A stretch of 64,000 nucleotides of DNA from Octopus sinensis (Eukaryota), in contig NC_043010.1 of assembly GCF_006345805.1 (NCBI RefSeq), positions 39,184,001-39,248,000 on the forward strand, in the 5' to 3' direction. Shown in pieces: positions 39,304 through 53,005 of the stretch (positions are counted from its first letter, which is position 1; every line of letters starts with the position of its first letter). The notes beneath the pieces are model-generated. The model ran no database searches and was not told the DNA's origin. It was given only the letters and a program-made list of their open reading frames with translations. The position numbers were made by a program, and so were the translations under genes.

Positions 39304-40748
39304 GTATATATACATGTACATATAAAGAAAGAGATAAGATGAAAAGGCACAAGATTTGTTTTACAGGACTTAGGAGTATATTAGAGCCATGAGGATAAAG
39401 ATATTAAACAATTTTGTACAAAATAAGGTTTTGTTCTTTAAACAATTGAAATACGGACCGGTTTCCCATTGATCATCTAACTGAGAGTTGAAAGAGATAA
39501 ATTACTAGCAATTTGTACAAATATACTCTTAAATTCTGGAAAACGAATATTCTGTGTTTTTCCCCACTAAGGTGTTTTCTACCTTGCATGTATGTATATA
39601 TATATATATTACATATACATGTTTGCGTGTCTGTGTGTTTTCGTTTTTAGCGATGGAAGCAGCATTCTGTATATTCTACTTAATGTAGGTATACTACAGA
39701 AACCTACAAAACAATAGTGTTCGTCTTCTGAAGATTTCCGTGTTGACGTATCTTGATAAAAGGAGCTCAAATGAATCAGTCGCAGACAAAATAAAAAATG
39801 TCATAACACACAAGCACACACACACACATACAAACACATACACACACGCGTGTGTGTAATTCAGACTTCGTATTAATAATTATCCCTTCCCTATTGAGTA
39901 TTAAAGTTAGTCTACTTTGCCACAACTGAACACTGATTGGTTCTGACATTCTTAGTAGAGCACTGCAAAGGGACATCAAGAGGACAGTTTGATGATTCTT
40001 TTTATTTTAGCACCACAACACGGTCGTACACTGACAGCTGAAAACACCACCACCGCAGACTACAAGAATAAAAGTACATACACCCTTTCATCTTTCATAA
40101 ATTTTGGAGTAATGTACGATATAAAGTGCGCATCCGAATTAGCTATCACATATTTGTCTCACCTCAAGTCAGTATGAATTATCGTCTTGTGACGTGTCTG
40201 GAGATATTTTTTTAATATCAGTTCTGGTGTCTGAGACTATTTTATTATTAATCATTTACACTAAGTAAAAGACTGACACATATTACTGCCTTAAATAGAT
40301 TTTCTATCATATCCTCACTTTATCTTATCTTTCTTTATTACAAACAAAAGCATGCTGAATTATAAATAAATAAATAAATAATAAATAAAAAAATATATAC
40401 ACACAAAAGAATTTCAAATCAGTCAGTCTGCCATTGATACATACATATACAGATTTCATTTTACATTTTTTAAATTTTTATATTATTACATTTCTATGGT
40501 TTTATATTCCGAATATACTAAAACTTTAGATTGGACAACTCTATCATAATTAAATCTATATATGTATGTATCAATCGTAGTCTGCCTGACTTGAACGACC
40601 TCTGTGAATCTCTGTATACTTGTCTAGCGTCTCGGGTCTGACTCGAACACTCCCATGCTTTCTATGCGTTTCCATAGAAAATTTTAATCATATAGATCCT
40701 TACCTACTACACACATGTTTTTCTCTCCTTGTTTTTTTTTTCTGTGTA

Positions 40749-40786
40749 TCTTTCTGTCGAAGAGCGTAGGCTCGAAACGTAAAAGA
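40749..40786 (+). ncRNA. Hammerhead motif with CUGUCGA core (family E)
   Basis: tcttt-CTGTCGA-a-gagc(gtag)gctc-GAAAC-GTA-aaaga; 5-bp stem I, stem III reduced to the ACGT palindrome. Confidence 0.68.
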
Positions 40787-40874
40787 CTTTTTCTATTCCT
40801 GAGCCCTATACTAATACATTTGTTTGTTTGTACTCCACCTGCCTTCGTCTTTTGTTTATTTTCGTAAACTTTCC

Positions 40875-40979
<105 letters not shown>

Positions 40980-41072
40980 ATATATATTTACGTATATATA
41001 TATATATTTACGTATATATATATATCCATAAATAGATTCATATATATATATACATACATATATATATATTAC

Positions 41073-41122
<50 letters not shown>

Positions 41123-41653
41123 GGGTGTCATTCAAAGCGTTTAATCTTTGATATGTTTAATGTGACACTTGGCTCTGACAGGTATATGTCATCAATATAA
41201 TAGAGGATATAAGGATATGATTGAAGATATATTTCCCTTGACACACTTAGGAAAGCCAAACAAACAGCATAAGGCTCACACATTCACAAGATATATATAT
41301 ATATATAAAGATAGAGAGAGAGGGAGGGAGAGCGATAAGGTGAGAGAAGGAGTGTAAGGGAATGATAGGGAGAGAATGATATTGTGCATATATATATGCT
41401 TTGCGGGTGTATGTGAGTGAGTGAGTGTGTGTGTATGTGTGTGTATGTGCGTGTGTGGGTGTATGGGTGTTCATAGATTTACATAAACGTTAGGCTGGAA
41501 GACTGAAGTACAAGGTAAGGTCGTCTAGACGGTTTAATAATAACTGAGCAATAAAGTGGCTATTGCTTTTAAATAAGTATTCTTCACATTCAGCCATGCA
41601 CTTCACATTGACCACGTCTCCTTTAGCTTCTAACAATACATAGGTTTTCGTTG

Positions 41654-41717
<64 letters not shown>

Positions 41718-41774
41718 TAGTATGTATTTTGGCCGGTGTTTATATGTATGTACATATATATATAATAATTATAT

Positions 41775-41809
<35 letters not shown>

Positions 41810-42299
41810 AATGTATGTATGTATGTATGTATGTATGTATTGTGGCATTGTCTATATAATTGTTGACTATGCGCGTGAATATATGTTTTAGAGTATGTGC
41901 GTGTGTGTGCTCGTCTATATGGACGCAATTTTCCATTACACATTTTGTATTGGACATACGACTCTAATGCAATTTCATTTACTTTCAATTCCATTTCCCT
42001 TCATACAGGATATATTACTATGCATACAACTACGTGTTGTGCTCTACGAGGAAGTGGGGCCTGATTTGTTTTATTTTCTGGCATATTGTTATGTTTGTTT
42101 AATGTATCTCGACCACGCTAACGTACCCTGTCGTCACAGGCAGACATTTTTGATTTGTGATTCTCGTTAATAATGCTTTTAAAACGGAGATAAAGAAATT
42201 CTGCCATAGAAGAAGCACATCCATACACACACACACACGCATACACGTATACGCATATATGGATATAAGGTAAATCAGATTCTTTTCATTTTACGAATT

Positions 42300-42725
42300 A
42301 ATTTTGGCTGCAATTTTTGGCACAAGGCCAGTAAATTTGGAGAAGGCGTCGAATCGAATACACAGCTGTTACTTATTTTACTGACCCCAAAAGGATGAAA
42401 GGCACAGTGGACCACAGCGGAATTTGAACTCAAAACGTTAAGACGGACGAAACGCCGGCAAGCATGGCCCGGAGGGCTAACGATTCTCACAGATCACCAC
42501 TATATTTCAGTTATTCATACTGGATTCAAATTTGGGGACATGGCCAGCAATATTTGTTGGAGCGGGTACGTCGATTACACTGACCCCAATGCTCAACTGT
42601 TACTCATTTTATCGATTTCAAAACGATGAAATGCGAATTATACCTTCAAGGCATTTGAACTCAGAAAGTAAAGACGGACGAAATGCCGCTAAGCATTTCG
42701 CTATCGTGCTACCGATTCCACCAGC
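42300..42725 (-). mobile_element. Two tandem decayed SINE B copies (aaattttggcacaagg tail variant)
   Basis: Core aaggatgaaaggc..agt.gacc...gcggaatttgaactca, repeated at about 42390 and 42620. Confidence 0.8.
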
Positions 42726-42848
42726 TTACCAACTTATTTTAAGAAATGATATTGAAATCAAAATTCAATTGCAAAATACCAATGTTAATCAAGTAATAAT
42801 ATTCATTTGTCAAAATTCAAACTTTGCACCTATTTTGTACCAGTTTGT

Positions 42849-43250
42849 CACTCTTTTACTTGTTTCAGTCATTTGACTGTGGCCATGCTAGAGCATTGCC
42901 TTAAGTCGGGCAAATCGACCCCAGTACTTATTCTTTGTATGCCTAGTACTTGTTTTATCGGTCTCTTTTGCCGAACGGCAAAGTTACGCGGAAGTAAACA
43001 CTCCGGTATCGGTTGCCATGCGATGTAGGGGTGGGGTGGGATCAAACACAGACACACAAACGTATACACACACGTACATATATATACATATATACGACGG
43101 ATCTTCTTTCAGTTTCCGTCTATAAAATCCACTCACAAGGCTTTGATCGACACGAGGCTATAGTAGAGACACTTGCCCAAGGTGCAACGCAGTGGGACTG
43201 AACCCGGAACCATGTGGTTGGTAAGCAAGCTACTCACCAAACAGCCACTA
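42849..43250 (-). mobile_element. SINE family A
   Basis: Complete reverse-complement copy. Confidence 0.9.
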
Positions 43251-43385
43251 AACAATTAGTATTCCGAAATTCTTTCAGGGTATTATTTAAAAAGAAAAAA
43301 AAGAATGTCATTAACAGTAATATCTTTTCTTTTCAATATAAATATAATAAATATAATATAATGTAATATAAACATAATAAGTATG

Positions 43386-44592
43386 TATTAGGTTGTCAAG
43401 AATGTTCTTGGGGTTTTTAACCTTTAAATTCAGATGCACATATCTCGAAATAAGCACCACCAGAATCAACACACTTTTGTCAACGCGAAGCAAGTATATT
43501 TATGCCAGTTTCGCAAAAATCCTGCGTTCTGGTGGCGTCTTTGTTTTGGCATCGTCTTGGTTTTGAAGCAGTTTTCGCGCAGGAACTTGTTGAGATTCTT
43601 GAAAAAGTGGTCGTCGGTAGATGAGAGGTCTGGTGAGTATGGCGGATGAGGCAGAGTTCCGTAGCCCAATTCGTTCAACTGCTGCAGAATCAGTTGTGCA
43701 ATATGCGGCCGAGCGTTGCGGTGGAGAAGAACTGGTCCTCTTTTATTGGCCAGTGCTGGCTGTCGTTGTTGGAGTTTCTCATGCATGTCATCCATTTGCT
43801 GCCAGTACTTCTCCAAAGTACTGGATCCAAAAAGCTGTAATGGATGAGACATGGCGTGGACCCCCAAACAGTCCCAATGACCTTCTTTTGGTGCAACTTT
43901 GGCTTCGGGAAGTGTCGTGGAACTTCGTCGGTGTCTAATCACTGAGCTGAGCGTCGCCGGTTGTCGTAAAGATGCCACTTTTCCTCGCAAGTCACAATCC
44001 GGTCGTTCTCGTTGCGTAAAAGAAGGGAAGACGACACTTCAGAACAGCGTTTTTTTTTGGTTGTCGTTCAATTCGTACGCCACCCATTTCTCAAGTATTT
44101 TTGTTTTTCCAATCTCTTTCAAGTGATTGGAAATTGTCGTACAAGTTATGTCTAATTGATAAGCAAGATCTCGAACAGTTGTGCGTGGATTGGCTTCCAC
44201 TAAGTCTCTTTGTTGATCGTTGCCAACATCCATTGGACGATCACTGCGCTTATTATCTTCAAGACTCTCGTGACTTCTACGAATGTTCTTGAACCACCAT
44301 TGTACCGTACGTTCATTAGTGGTTCCTGGGCCAAATGCATCGTTGATATCCCGAGCTATTTCAGCGGCTTTTCGGCCAAGTTTGAACTGGAATAGGAAAA
44401 CTGTGCGAATTTGCTTTTCATCTATGTTGTATTCAAAGTTCCGGAAAAAGAGTAACATGTTTAGGTAGAGCGTAAAACGGGCTTTAAAATGATATATAAA
44501 GTCAAAGTAATTTAACGAACATTAATTTGAAAATATATCATTTTAAACCAAAATTAAAAATTCCCCCCAAGTATTTTCTCGATATCCTAATA
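43386..44592 (-). mobile_element. Mariner (cecropia/Hsmar1-like) relic with both TIRs
   Basis: KQIRTVFLFQFKLGRKAAEIARDINDAFGPGTTNERTVQWWF, KWVAYEL (WVPHEL motif), GPVLLHRNARPH, LPHPPYSPDLSSTDDHFF; TIRs tattaggttgtcaagaatgttcttggg / cccaagtattttctcgatatcctaata; frameshifted. Confidence 0.93.
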
Positions 44593-44762
44593 ACTTGCAC
44601 TTCACTTTGTGACCTTTCGACCGAAAAATGCTTTAGGAATATTTTTTACCGTTATTTGAAACGACCAAATAAATGAAATTGTTCATAACGAAATTACGCC
44701 TTCACAAAGGCGTTCTGTGTTACAAGTACCTGTTATATCACACTTAAGTCAGGAGTGCAAAT

Positions 44763-44968
44763 AATCCCTTTCTACTATAGGCTCAAGGCCTGAAATTTTG
44801 GGGGATGGGAGTTGTCGATTACATCTTTCACTGGTACATAATTTATCGACTCCGAAAAGATGAAAGGCGAAGTCGATCCCGGCGAAGGTTAAACGCAGAA
44901 ATTTGCAGCAGCAGAAATACATTAAGCACTTAGCCTGGCATGCTAACGAATATGCCAGCTAGCCGCCT
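44763..44968 (-). mobile_element. Decayed SINE B (alternative tail)
   Basis: cctttctactataggctcaaggcctgaaatttt tail and aagatgaaaggcgaagtcga core. Confidence 0.75.
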
Positions 44969-46376
44969 TTGTCAGGAAGGCAGATGATACCGAAACATGA
45001 CCAGTATTACATTGTCCCTGTGCTTAACGTGTCACATAGTAAGCCATATAGTCACTTATAATAACTCGCATCCAATTTACATTTCGGGTTCTGTTTCATT
45101 ATCTTTGCAAAATGTTCCTAAATCTTATAAAATTTCTTTCTATTACAGGTTGTAATGCCACAGACGACAAATTGTTCTGATCTGAGATGTTATTTCTGTT
45201 GTCATGTAGTTCCTTTAATATTTTCACAGTTTGAGTACACAAACTTTTAGCATTATTCTCCACACATGTCAGTCGTAAGTTACCTTAACGCACTCCGAGG
45301 CTGTTATCAGAAATTACGTCTCAGTAATACCGAGTCATTCTTTTTTAAGTCGCTCAATTATTTTATTCCACTCTGATATTCCTTTCCTTTATATTTGCAA
45401 GTGTCACAGTCGTATTCCAGATACGTCCATGGCAATTCATTTTTCTTCGTCTTTCATTGGTATATGAATTATTTGTTTCTCACTTCTCGACAAATGCATT
45501 AAATTCTTGTAAAACCAGCAGTTTGGTTCGTTCGTCCTTCCATGCAATGAGAAAATTCAGCCATAAAATCTCAATTCGAACGCTAATAATTTCATTTCAA
45601 TTTTGGTTCCTCAGAAAATTGCACGGACTATTTTTACTGAAATCCATACCAATTATACGAAAGATCATCTTTATTGCTATTGCTGTCAAATGTCCCCAGG
45701 TCTAAACAAGCACAAACGTGGCGTCTAAGAATTTTGAGCTCGTACAACTTTCTCTCTAGAGAAATATCTGCGCAGAACATGCCTTATAAATCCTTTGCTA
45801 AAAATCGCATTTTGACAGTAATTTCGTTGCTATTTCTAGTACATCTATTTCCCATTACACAGTCTCATGTTGGTTTAGGGATTTCTTCTTGCATTAATTA
45901 AGCACATTAAAAACGGAAATTAGATATTTATTATAAACGCATTTAATCTAAATAAAAACTAATAAACAATGGTCTTTACTGTCCATTATTTAATCTTAAA
46001 ATTGCATATTTTCGTTTTCTCAATAACAATTGAAAAGTATCAAAAGGCTGAAAGCTGTTACACATGTATGAACACAAACTTACATACATACATATCTATG
46101 TGTGTGTATATATATAAGTATGCATGGATATAGGTATGTATGCATATGTATAATCACTTATAAATCTATCATAAAATGCGAATCGTGCTAAAAGAAACAA
46201 AATGCTATTGATCTAAGAAATCTGAAATAATGTTTGAATAGAAATAATCTAAATGCAGATAGACATCACATTTTGACGACATGATGAGGCAAGGGGAATG
46301 AACGGTAATAATTGAATATAAAATGGAGAACTGGGTTTTTCTCTCTTCAATCTAAAATTGGAGATTTCAAGATAAT

Positions 46377-46439
<63 letters not shown>

Positions 46440-46537
46440 TATATATATACTCATACATATATATACATGTACATACATAAACATATACACATCTATTTAA
46501 GCATGTATGTATATTCATACATATATGTATATGTATG

Positions 46538-46571
<34 letters not shown>

Positions 46572-46676
46572 ATATATATATATACATATATTAATGTATT
46601 TATATGTGCACACATAATGTTTTATATGTATATAAACACACACACACACATATATATATGTGCATGTAAGAATGCA

Positions 46677-46719
<43 letters not shown>

Positions 46720-47605
46720 GTATATATATGTATAGATCACGTTTCGTTTAGCCTTGTTTTAATTTATTGAAACCTTCCTATGGCTTTCGTTGAAAAATGT
46801 GTAACTAAAGGATGGGAGAATATATGTTAATATTCACAGCACATCGTATTATTTTTCATCTCAAATATAAATATAATTGAATTTAGCTGAAGATATAATG
46901 CGTTTAGAAAAAGGTTTCTAGAAGTAAATTTCAGAAGGTAATTCTATTAGCCATAAGTCAATTTTATATGTCACACACCCACAAACATGTATACTCCTAA
47001 AAACAAGCACATATGTATACACAAAGACCTGTAAAGAAACATGAATATCCATGTATATACATGTACGTACATATATATATACACACACAGATATACATAC
47101 ACACAGACACTCGCAATTAGGCGCACCTCTACATATTTGTCTATAGGCTCATATATATTTATGATATATATGCTTTTTGCGAATGCTTCTAAGTATATAC
47201 GGTTATTTACTTGCATGTGTAAGTATATATGATTACATCTTTCCGTATACTAATCCATACAGACGCAATTTTCTATTAAGCATATGGTATTGGACGCATG
47301 ATTCTAATGTAATTTCAGTCCTTTATCTTCAATTTCTTTTACCTTCATACAAGATTTAATTTGGTTGCCGTTTTGGGCCTGTGTAAGCAACATATACATT
47401 ACTTGTGATATGCCTTCGTTGTTACTATGCGAAACACATTTTTTCTCTGTGTATTCTCTCCTGCAGTTTTTGTGTTTAATGCGTTTCGTGAAAGTTATTG
47501 TTCCCTATCTGGGACGATTGAAATTTTTCATTCACCATATTTGTCCTATTGCTAACATTATATATACATGTATACACATATCAGCTCCACACACAAACAC
47601 ACGTA

Positions 47606-47661
<56 letters not shown>

Positions 47662-47690
47662 GTATGTATATATATATATATATATGTATG

Positions 47691-47740
<50 letters not shown>

Positions 47741-48449
47741 TATATGTACATATTATGAAAAATGTATTACGTGCATATGTGTATGTATATGTATGTATCC
47801 GTCTGTACATATATAATATATATATATATATTATATATATATATATTATATATATATATATATATGTAACTGTGAGTGTTTATGTTCGAGTGTACGTGTT
47901 TGTTTTTTGTGTGTGTTGGTGTATGCTGGCCTTCCTGATGCAATGCTCGCTGGGATTATTTATCTCCACATTTTTTGCTCCAAGAATATATTCCATTTAA
48001 GATGATAATGTATGGTTTTCGTCTTCAACGACGAAAAGTCTGAGCCCAAAGTAGCTTTATTCCCTTCATATCTATTCTTAGAGGAATGCCTGTTACTATA
48101 AAATCCGGATAACATGAAGCAATGTAAACTCTCGAATTGCTTTTTGTGATGTACATCGGTACACTAAATCGTTTGTTAAAAATATAGATTCTAGAGGGCT
48201 ATTTTCCGCATCACTTAAGTGTAAAGAGCTGGTATTTTCCCCGCTATTAAATTTATCTGGTTTAGACGTGTTAAACTAAGGTCGAACGTGGTTGATTTCT
48301 GGGTAGTGATATAAGAAAAGTTTATGGTATTTTTATTAAAATCCTCCTGACCTTTATAATGTATATTCGAGAGATTTTGAAACTTGTTTTTGGTGAAGGA
48401 GTTATAATTGTCCTAGTTTGTTATAATTTTAGGACATTATCACTAGCTA

Positions 48450-49150
48450 GCTACTAAGGTGGCCTGCAGAATGTTGTTACTCCAAATCGAAGGTGACGAT
48501 TTTAACAGCACTTTGACTACGCCCTATTAAACACTACTTGTCATAACTGAATACTTTGCAGAATGCAGTTATGACGTGACGACAGTTTGGTGGTTGGGTA
48601 TGCAATACAGTTTTCTGTTGAATTGGGCAAAGGTGCAACAGAAATTTATGAAACACTCCAGAATGATTATGGTTTAACTCCTATAAGGCGAGCGTCTGTT
48701 TTACCCTGGCCCAAAATGCTGGGCAAAGCAAGTCCACAGTCCACCAGGAAGCTCATGGTGGTACCCGTTTTCGACAGCAGGGGCATCATCTATATCCACT
48801 CGGTTCAATCAACAAAGAGTACTTTGTGGAGGTGTTGAGGGAGTTCAGGGAATGATTTCGCTTCGAAAGCCCAGAGCACCAGTCCCGGGACAATGTGGCA
48901 GGTTACAATTGACCAAGAAGGACATTAAAGCAGTCCTTCAAACTTGCTACAGTCCAGACCCTGCTGCTTGGTGTTTTCCCAAGCTAAGGGAAAACGTTAA
49001 AACATCTATGACAAGGGTCTACAAAGGTTTCCTTTGAAGGAAACCCATAGGGTCGTTACAAAATGGCTGGAACGCTAAAACAAGTGCATTAGGGCGACCA
49101 ACTTTGAAATCGATTAGAGCTTTAAACTTCGATGAAATTAATGTTTCTGG
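48450..49150 (+). mobile_element. Heavily deleted mariner relic
   Basis: YAIQFSVELGKGATEIYETLQ, KLMVVPVFDSRGII, INKEYFVEVLREF, CYSPDPA..FPKL, KWLER*NKCI. Confidence 0.75.
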
Positions 49151-49789
49151 GAATGCAACTTCTATCGTTTTTGAGAAAATGCTTTTTTAACTGATTCTAT
49201 GATGTGTTATTTAATGATGCAGGGATAATTTTATCGAACACAGGTGAAAACAGGTAAATTTTCTTTATCTGTTTTGCTTTAACTAGAGGAGTTAGAATTA
49301 GAAGAGTGAAAGTGCGCTCTATACAAATTCTGTGAATTAGCTGAAATTTAGGAAAGTTTAAGAGATATTTGATAACTTATTTTCAAACACACATCCTGAG
49401 TGCTTAGAATGTCTATGCTCTAATTAAATATCTTCTGATATGTAAGTCTATATAGGAAATTAGAAACACGGATAGTAATAATAAGTGTATTTCAATTTTA
49501 TGAACTTGGCCTATTATTCAGAAACACGATCCATAGAACAAGTTGCTGAACATTTTACATTACAATCTTTTGTTCTGAAGCCAACATCCATAATTATGCT
49601 TAAGTGATCGTCGTCTTCGTATAGGATGTTCATGCTTCACGGGGGCAGCCTTTCAAATTTTATTGGATATATTAGCCAACGTTTCACTGTTTTTCTTGAG
49701 ATTTGAGTACCCATATCATTGGCGTCAAGGAGCGAAAACAAACCGATTTGAGTATCATCGGATTAGAAAAGATTATTGGAAGTAGTAAG

Positions 49790-50190
49790 ACAGTGAGCTG
49801 TCAGAATCTTTAGCACGCCGTGCGAAATACTTAGCGGTGTTACGTTCTGTGTTCAAATTCTGCTGAGGTCGACTTTGCATTTCATCCTTTCGTGGTCGAT
49901 AAATTAAGCACCAGTTGCGTACTGGATCGATCTAATTTACTGCCCCCCCTCCCCAAGAAATTCTGTGCCTTGTGCCTAGAGTAGAAAAGAATCGTTAGCA
50001 CGGCGAGCAAAACGTTTAGCGGCATTCGGCCTGTCATTACGTTCTGAGTTCAAATTCCGCCGAGGTCGACTTTGCCTTTCAACGTTTCGGAGTCAATAAA
50101 TTAAGTAGCAGTGGAGAAATGAGGTCGAATTAGTCGACTAATCACCTTCCCCAAAATTTCAGGCGTTTTACATTTGGTAGTAAACATTAT
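49790..50190 (+). mobile_element. Two tandem SINE B copies (alternative tail)
   Basis: gaggtcgactttgc.tttca cores at about 49866 and 50062. Confidence 0.85.
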
Positions 50191-50470
50191 TATTGTAAAT
50201 AGTAACAGCAGCTGAATTAGGAGTCGTAGTTGAAGTAATAGTAATAAAAGTGTTATTATGTTGATGTGAAATGTGATATGATTAGCGGTAAAAAAAATAT
50301 CTAATAAACGCGTAAATATAAACTACGAAATGAAAAAAAAAACCCAGTAAATAAAATATAAAAGTATCGAGAAAGGAAAAACTAATAATCGGAGTTGCAT
50401 TGAGCAAAATTCTATGATTGAGAAATTTTTTTATCAGTGAACTGAATAAGTGTAAGCTAAAAGACCAGAG

Positions 50471-51262
50471 GTGGAGGCGCGTCGCTTAGTGGTTAGGGTG
50501 TTTGTAAGATAGTGGTTTCGATTCCTGGATCGGGCGACGTGCTGTCTCTTTGAGCAAAACACTTCATTTCACGTTGCTCCAGCCCACTCAGCTGGCAAAA
50601 ATGAGTAACGCTGCAATGGACTGGCGTCCCATCCAGCTGGGGAACACATACGCCATAGAAACCGGGAAGCCGGGCCCATGAGCCTACCTAGGCTTTAAAA
50701 GGGCGCATTTGTGGAGGCGCGTGGCTTAGTGGTTAGGGTGTCAGCATCATGATCGTAACATTTTGGTTTCGATTCCTGGACCGGGCGACGCGTTGTGTTC
50801 TTGAGCAAAACACTTCATTTCAAGTTGCTCCAGTCCACTCAGCTGGCAAAAATGAGTAACGCTGTGATGGACTGGTGTCGTCCCGTCCAGGTGGGGAACA
50901 CATACGCCATAGAAACCGGGAAACCGGTCCCATGAGTCTGGCTAGGCTTTAAAAGGGCGCTAGAAACGACCAGAGAGAAACAAAATAAGTTAATGAATAA
51001 TACAATATATATGGGTGGAGGCGCGTGGCTCAGTGCTGTTGGACTCACGATCGTAAGACTGTGGTTTCAATTCCTGGACCGGGCAACGCGTTGTGTTCTT
51101 GAGCAGAACACTTCATTTGACGTTGCTCCTGTCCACTCAGCTGGCAAAAATGATAAATCCTGTGACGAACCGGCATCCCATCCAGGGTGGGGAATTTATA
51201 GGCCATGGAGACCTTAGAAACCGGCCTTATGAGTTTGTATGACTCGGAAAGGAACTTTACTA
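50471..51262 (+). mobile_element. Three head-to-tail copies of SINE family C (CORE-like central domain)
   Basis: Starts gtggaggcgcgt at 50471, 50711, 51015; central ttgagcaaaacacttcattt.acgttgctcc.gtccactcagctggcaaaaatga resembles the CORE-SINE domain (recalled); the third copy diverges after aaaaatga. Confidence 0.88.
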
Positions 51263-51309
51263 CAATTTATACGCTGAGAAACAGCGCGAGGATAGCTTAG
51301 TTTTAAAAT

Positions 51310-53005
51310 AACAGCCGTGATTTTTTGTCTACTATAGGCTCAAGGCCCGACGTTTTGTGGAAAGAGGCTAGCCGATTATGTGGACTCCAGTTTCCAACTC
51401 GTACTTATTTTATCGATGACTAAAGGACGAAGGGCAACGTCGAAGAAGCAATGTCGACTTCGGCGGAAATTGTCTCAGGATGTAAAGACGGAAGAAATGC
51501 AGTAAGCATTTGTCCGACCACATAACGATTGAGCTTGCTCTCTTTATTTATAATATAGACGCACAGAAATTCGAGGAGAGATTGCTAGTCGATCCCAGTA
51601 AATGCAGCACTATAACGCACCGACCCCGGAAGTTTGAAAGACAAAGTTAACCACGGTATTATTCGAACTTTGACTGTAAGGACCCGGAGTAAATACCGTG
51701 AAACATGTTTCCGACGTTCTGTTGGGCCTACCAGTGCCGATACATCATTCTAAGGATAACAACAATAATTATTTTCTGCTATAAGGAAAAGCCCAGTGTA
51801 CAGCTGGTCTTTATTTCATCTACATAGAATAAATTAAAGACAAACTCGGCCTCGGAGGAATTTGAACCGAGAATGCGTGGGACGAAATGACGAGAAGCAT
51901 TACTCTAACGATTCTATCAGCTCGTCGCCTCAAGAATTACTATGAGAAAAATTAGCATGGAATTCAATCACCATGCGCATTGAGTTTAAGTGTCTTACTT
52001 GTTTACTGAGACTGATTAATATTCATTACCGAGAAAAAAATTAGTAGAAATGAAAAGAAGATAATTGATCTGATGTATGTGCGGTGGAAATTACGTACAT
52101 TGGAGGTAAATGTGCATCAAACGTCTATCTTTATATCATTCTCACCACAGTTTATTTCCATTTCTCGGAAAGTTCCCTCGCTATAAAACTACCAATCAGT
52201 CAACTTAAACAGCTTTGACATGCTTACGATAAAGTCAAAGAAAATAATGTTCAAATCGTATAAATAAGATTATATTGTCATTATTATTATATAAGGTAGC
52301 GAAATGCTTAGCAGCATTTAGTCCGTCTTTACGTTCCGAGTTCAAATTCTGCCGAGGTGGGCTTTGTCTTCAATCATTTCATGGTAGATAAATTAAATTA
52401 AGTACCAATGAGTACTGGGTGGATAAAATAAGTACCAGCTGATTACTAGGGTCGATGTAATCGATTACTCACCAACCGCCACATTTCAGGCCTATAATAG
52501 AAAGGATTTATTCTTCTTCTTCTTCTTCTTCCGTATTTCGTCTGCCTCCACGTTATGAGGTCAAATTCCGCCGAGGTCCACTTCACCTTTCATCCTTTCG
52601 GGGTAGATTAAATAGGTACCATTTACGCACTGGGGTCGATTTAATCGACTTAATAAGTTTGTCTGTCCTTGTTTGTCCTCTCTCTGTTAAGCCCCTTGTG
52701 GGTAGTAAAGAAATAGGCATTTCGTCTGCCACTACGTTCTGAGTTCAAGTTCCGCCGGGTTTGACTTTGCCTTTCATCCTGCACTCTTAAATTTCGGGCC
52801 ATGTGCCACTAGTGGAAAGGATTATTATTACTATAAATAGTAAGATGGTGAGCTGGCAGAAAAGTTAGCACACCGAGTGAAATGCTTAGCGGTGTTTCGT
52901 ATGTCGCGTTCTGAGTTCAAGTTCCACCGAGGTCGACTTTGCGTTTCATCCTTTCGGGCTCGATAAATTAAATGCCTGTTGCGTACTGGGGTCGATCCAA
53001 TCGAA
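51310..53005. mobile_element. Cluster of about seven partial or nested SINE B copies
   Basis: Minus-strand copies about 51310-51950; plus-strand copies about 52290-52510, 52530-52715, 52715-52830, 52845-53005. Confidence 0.8.
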
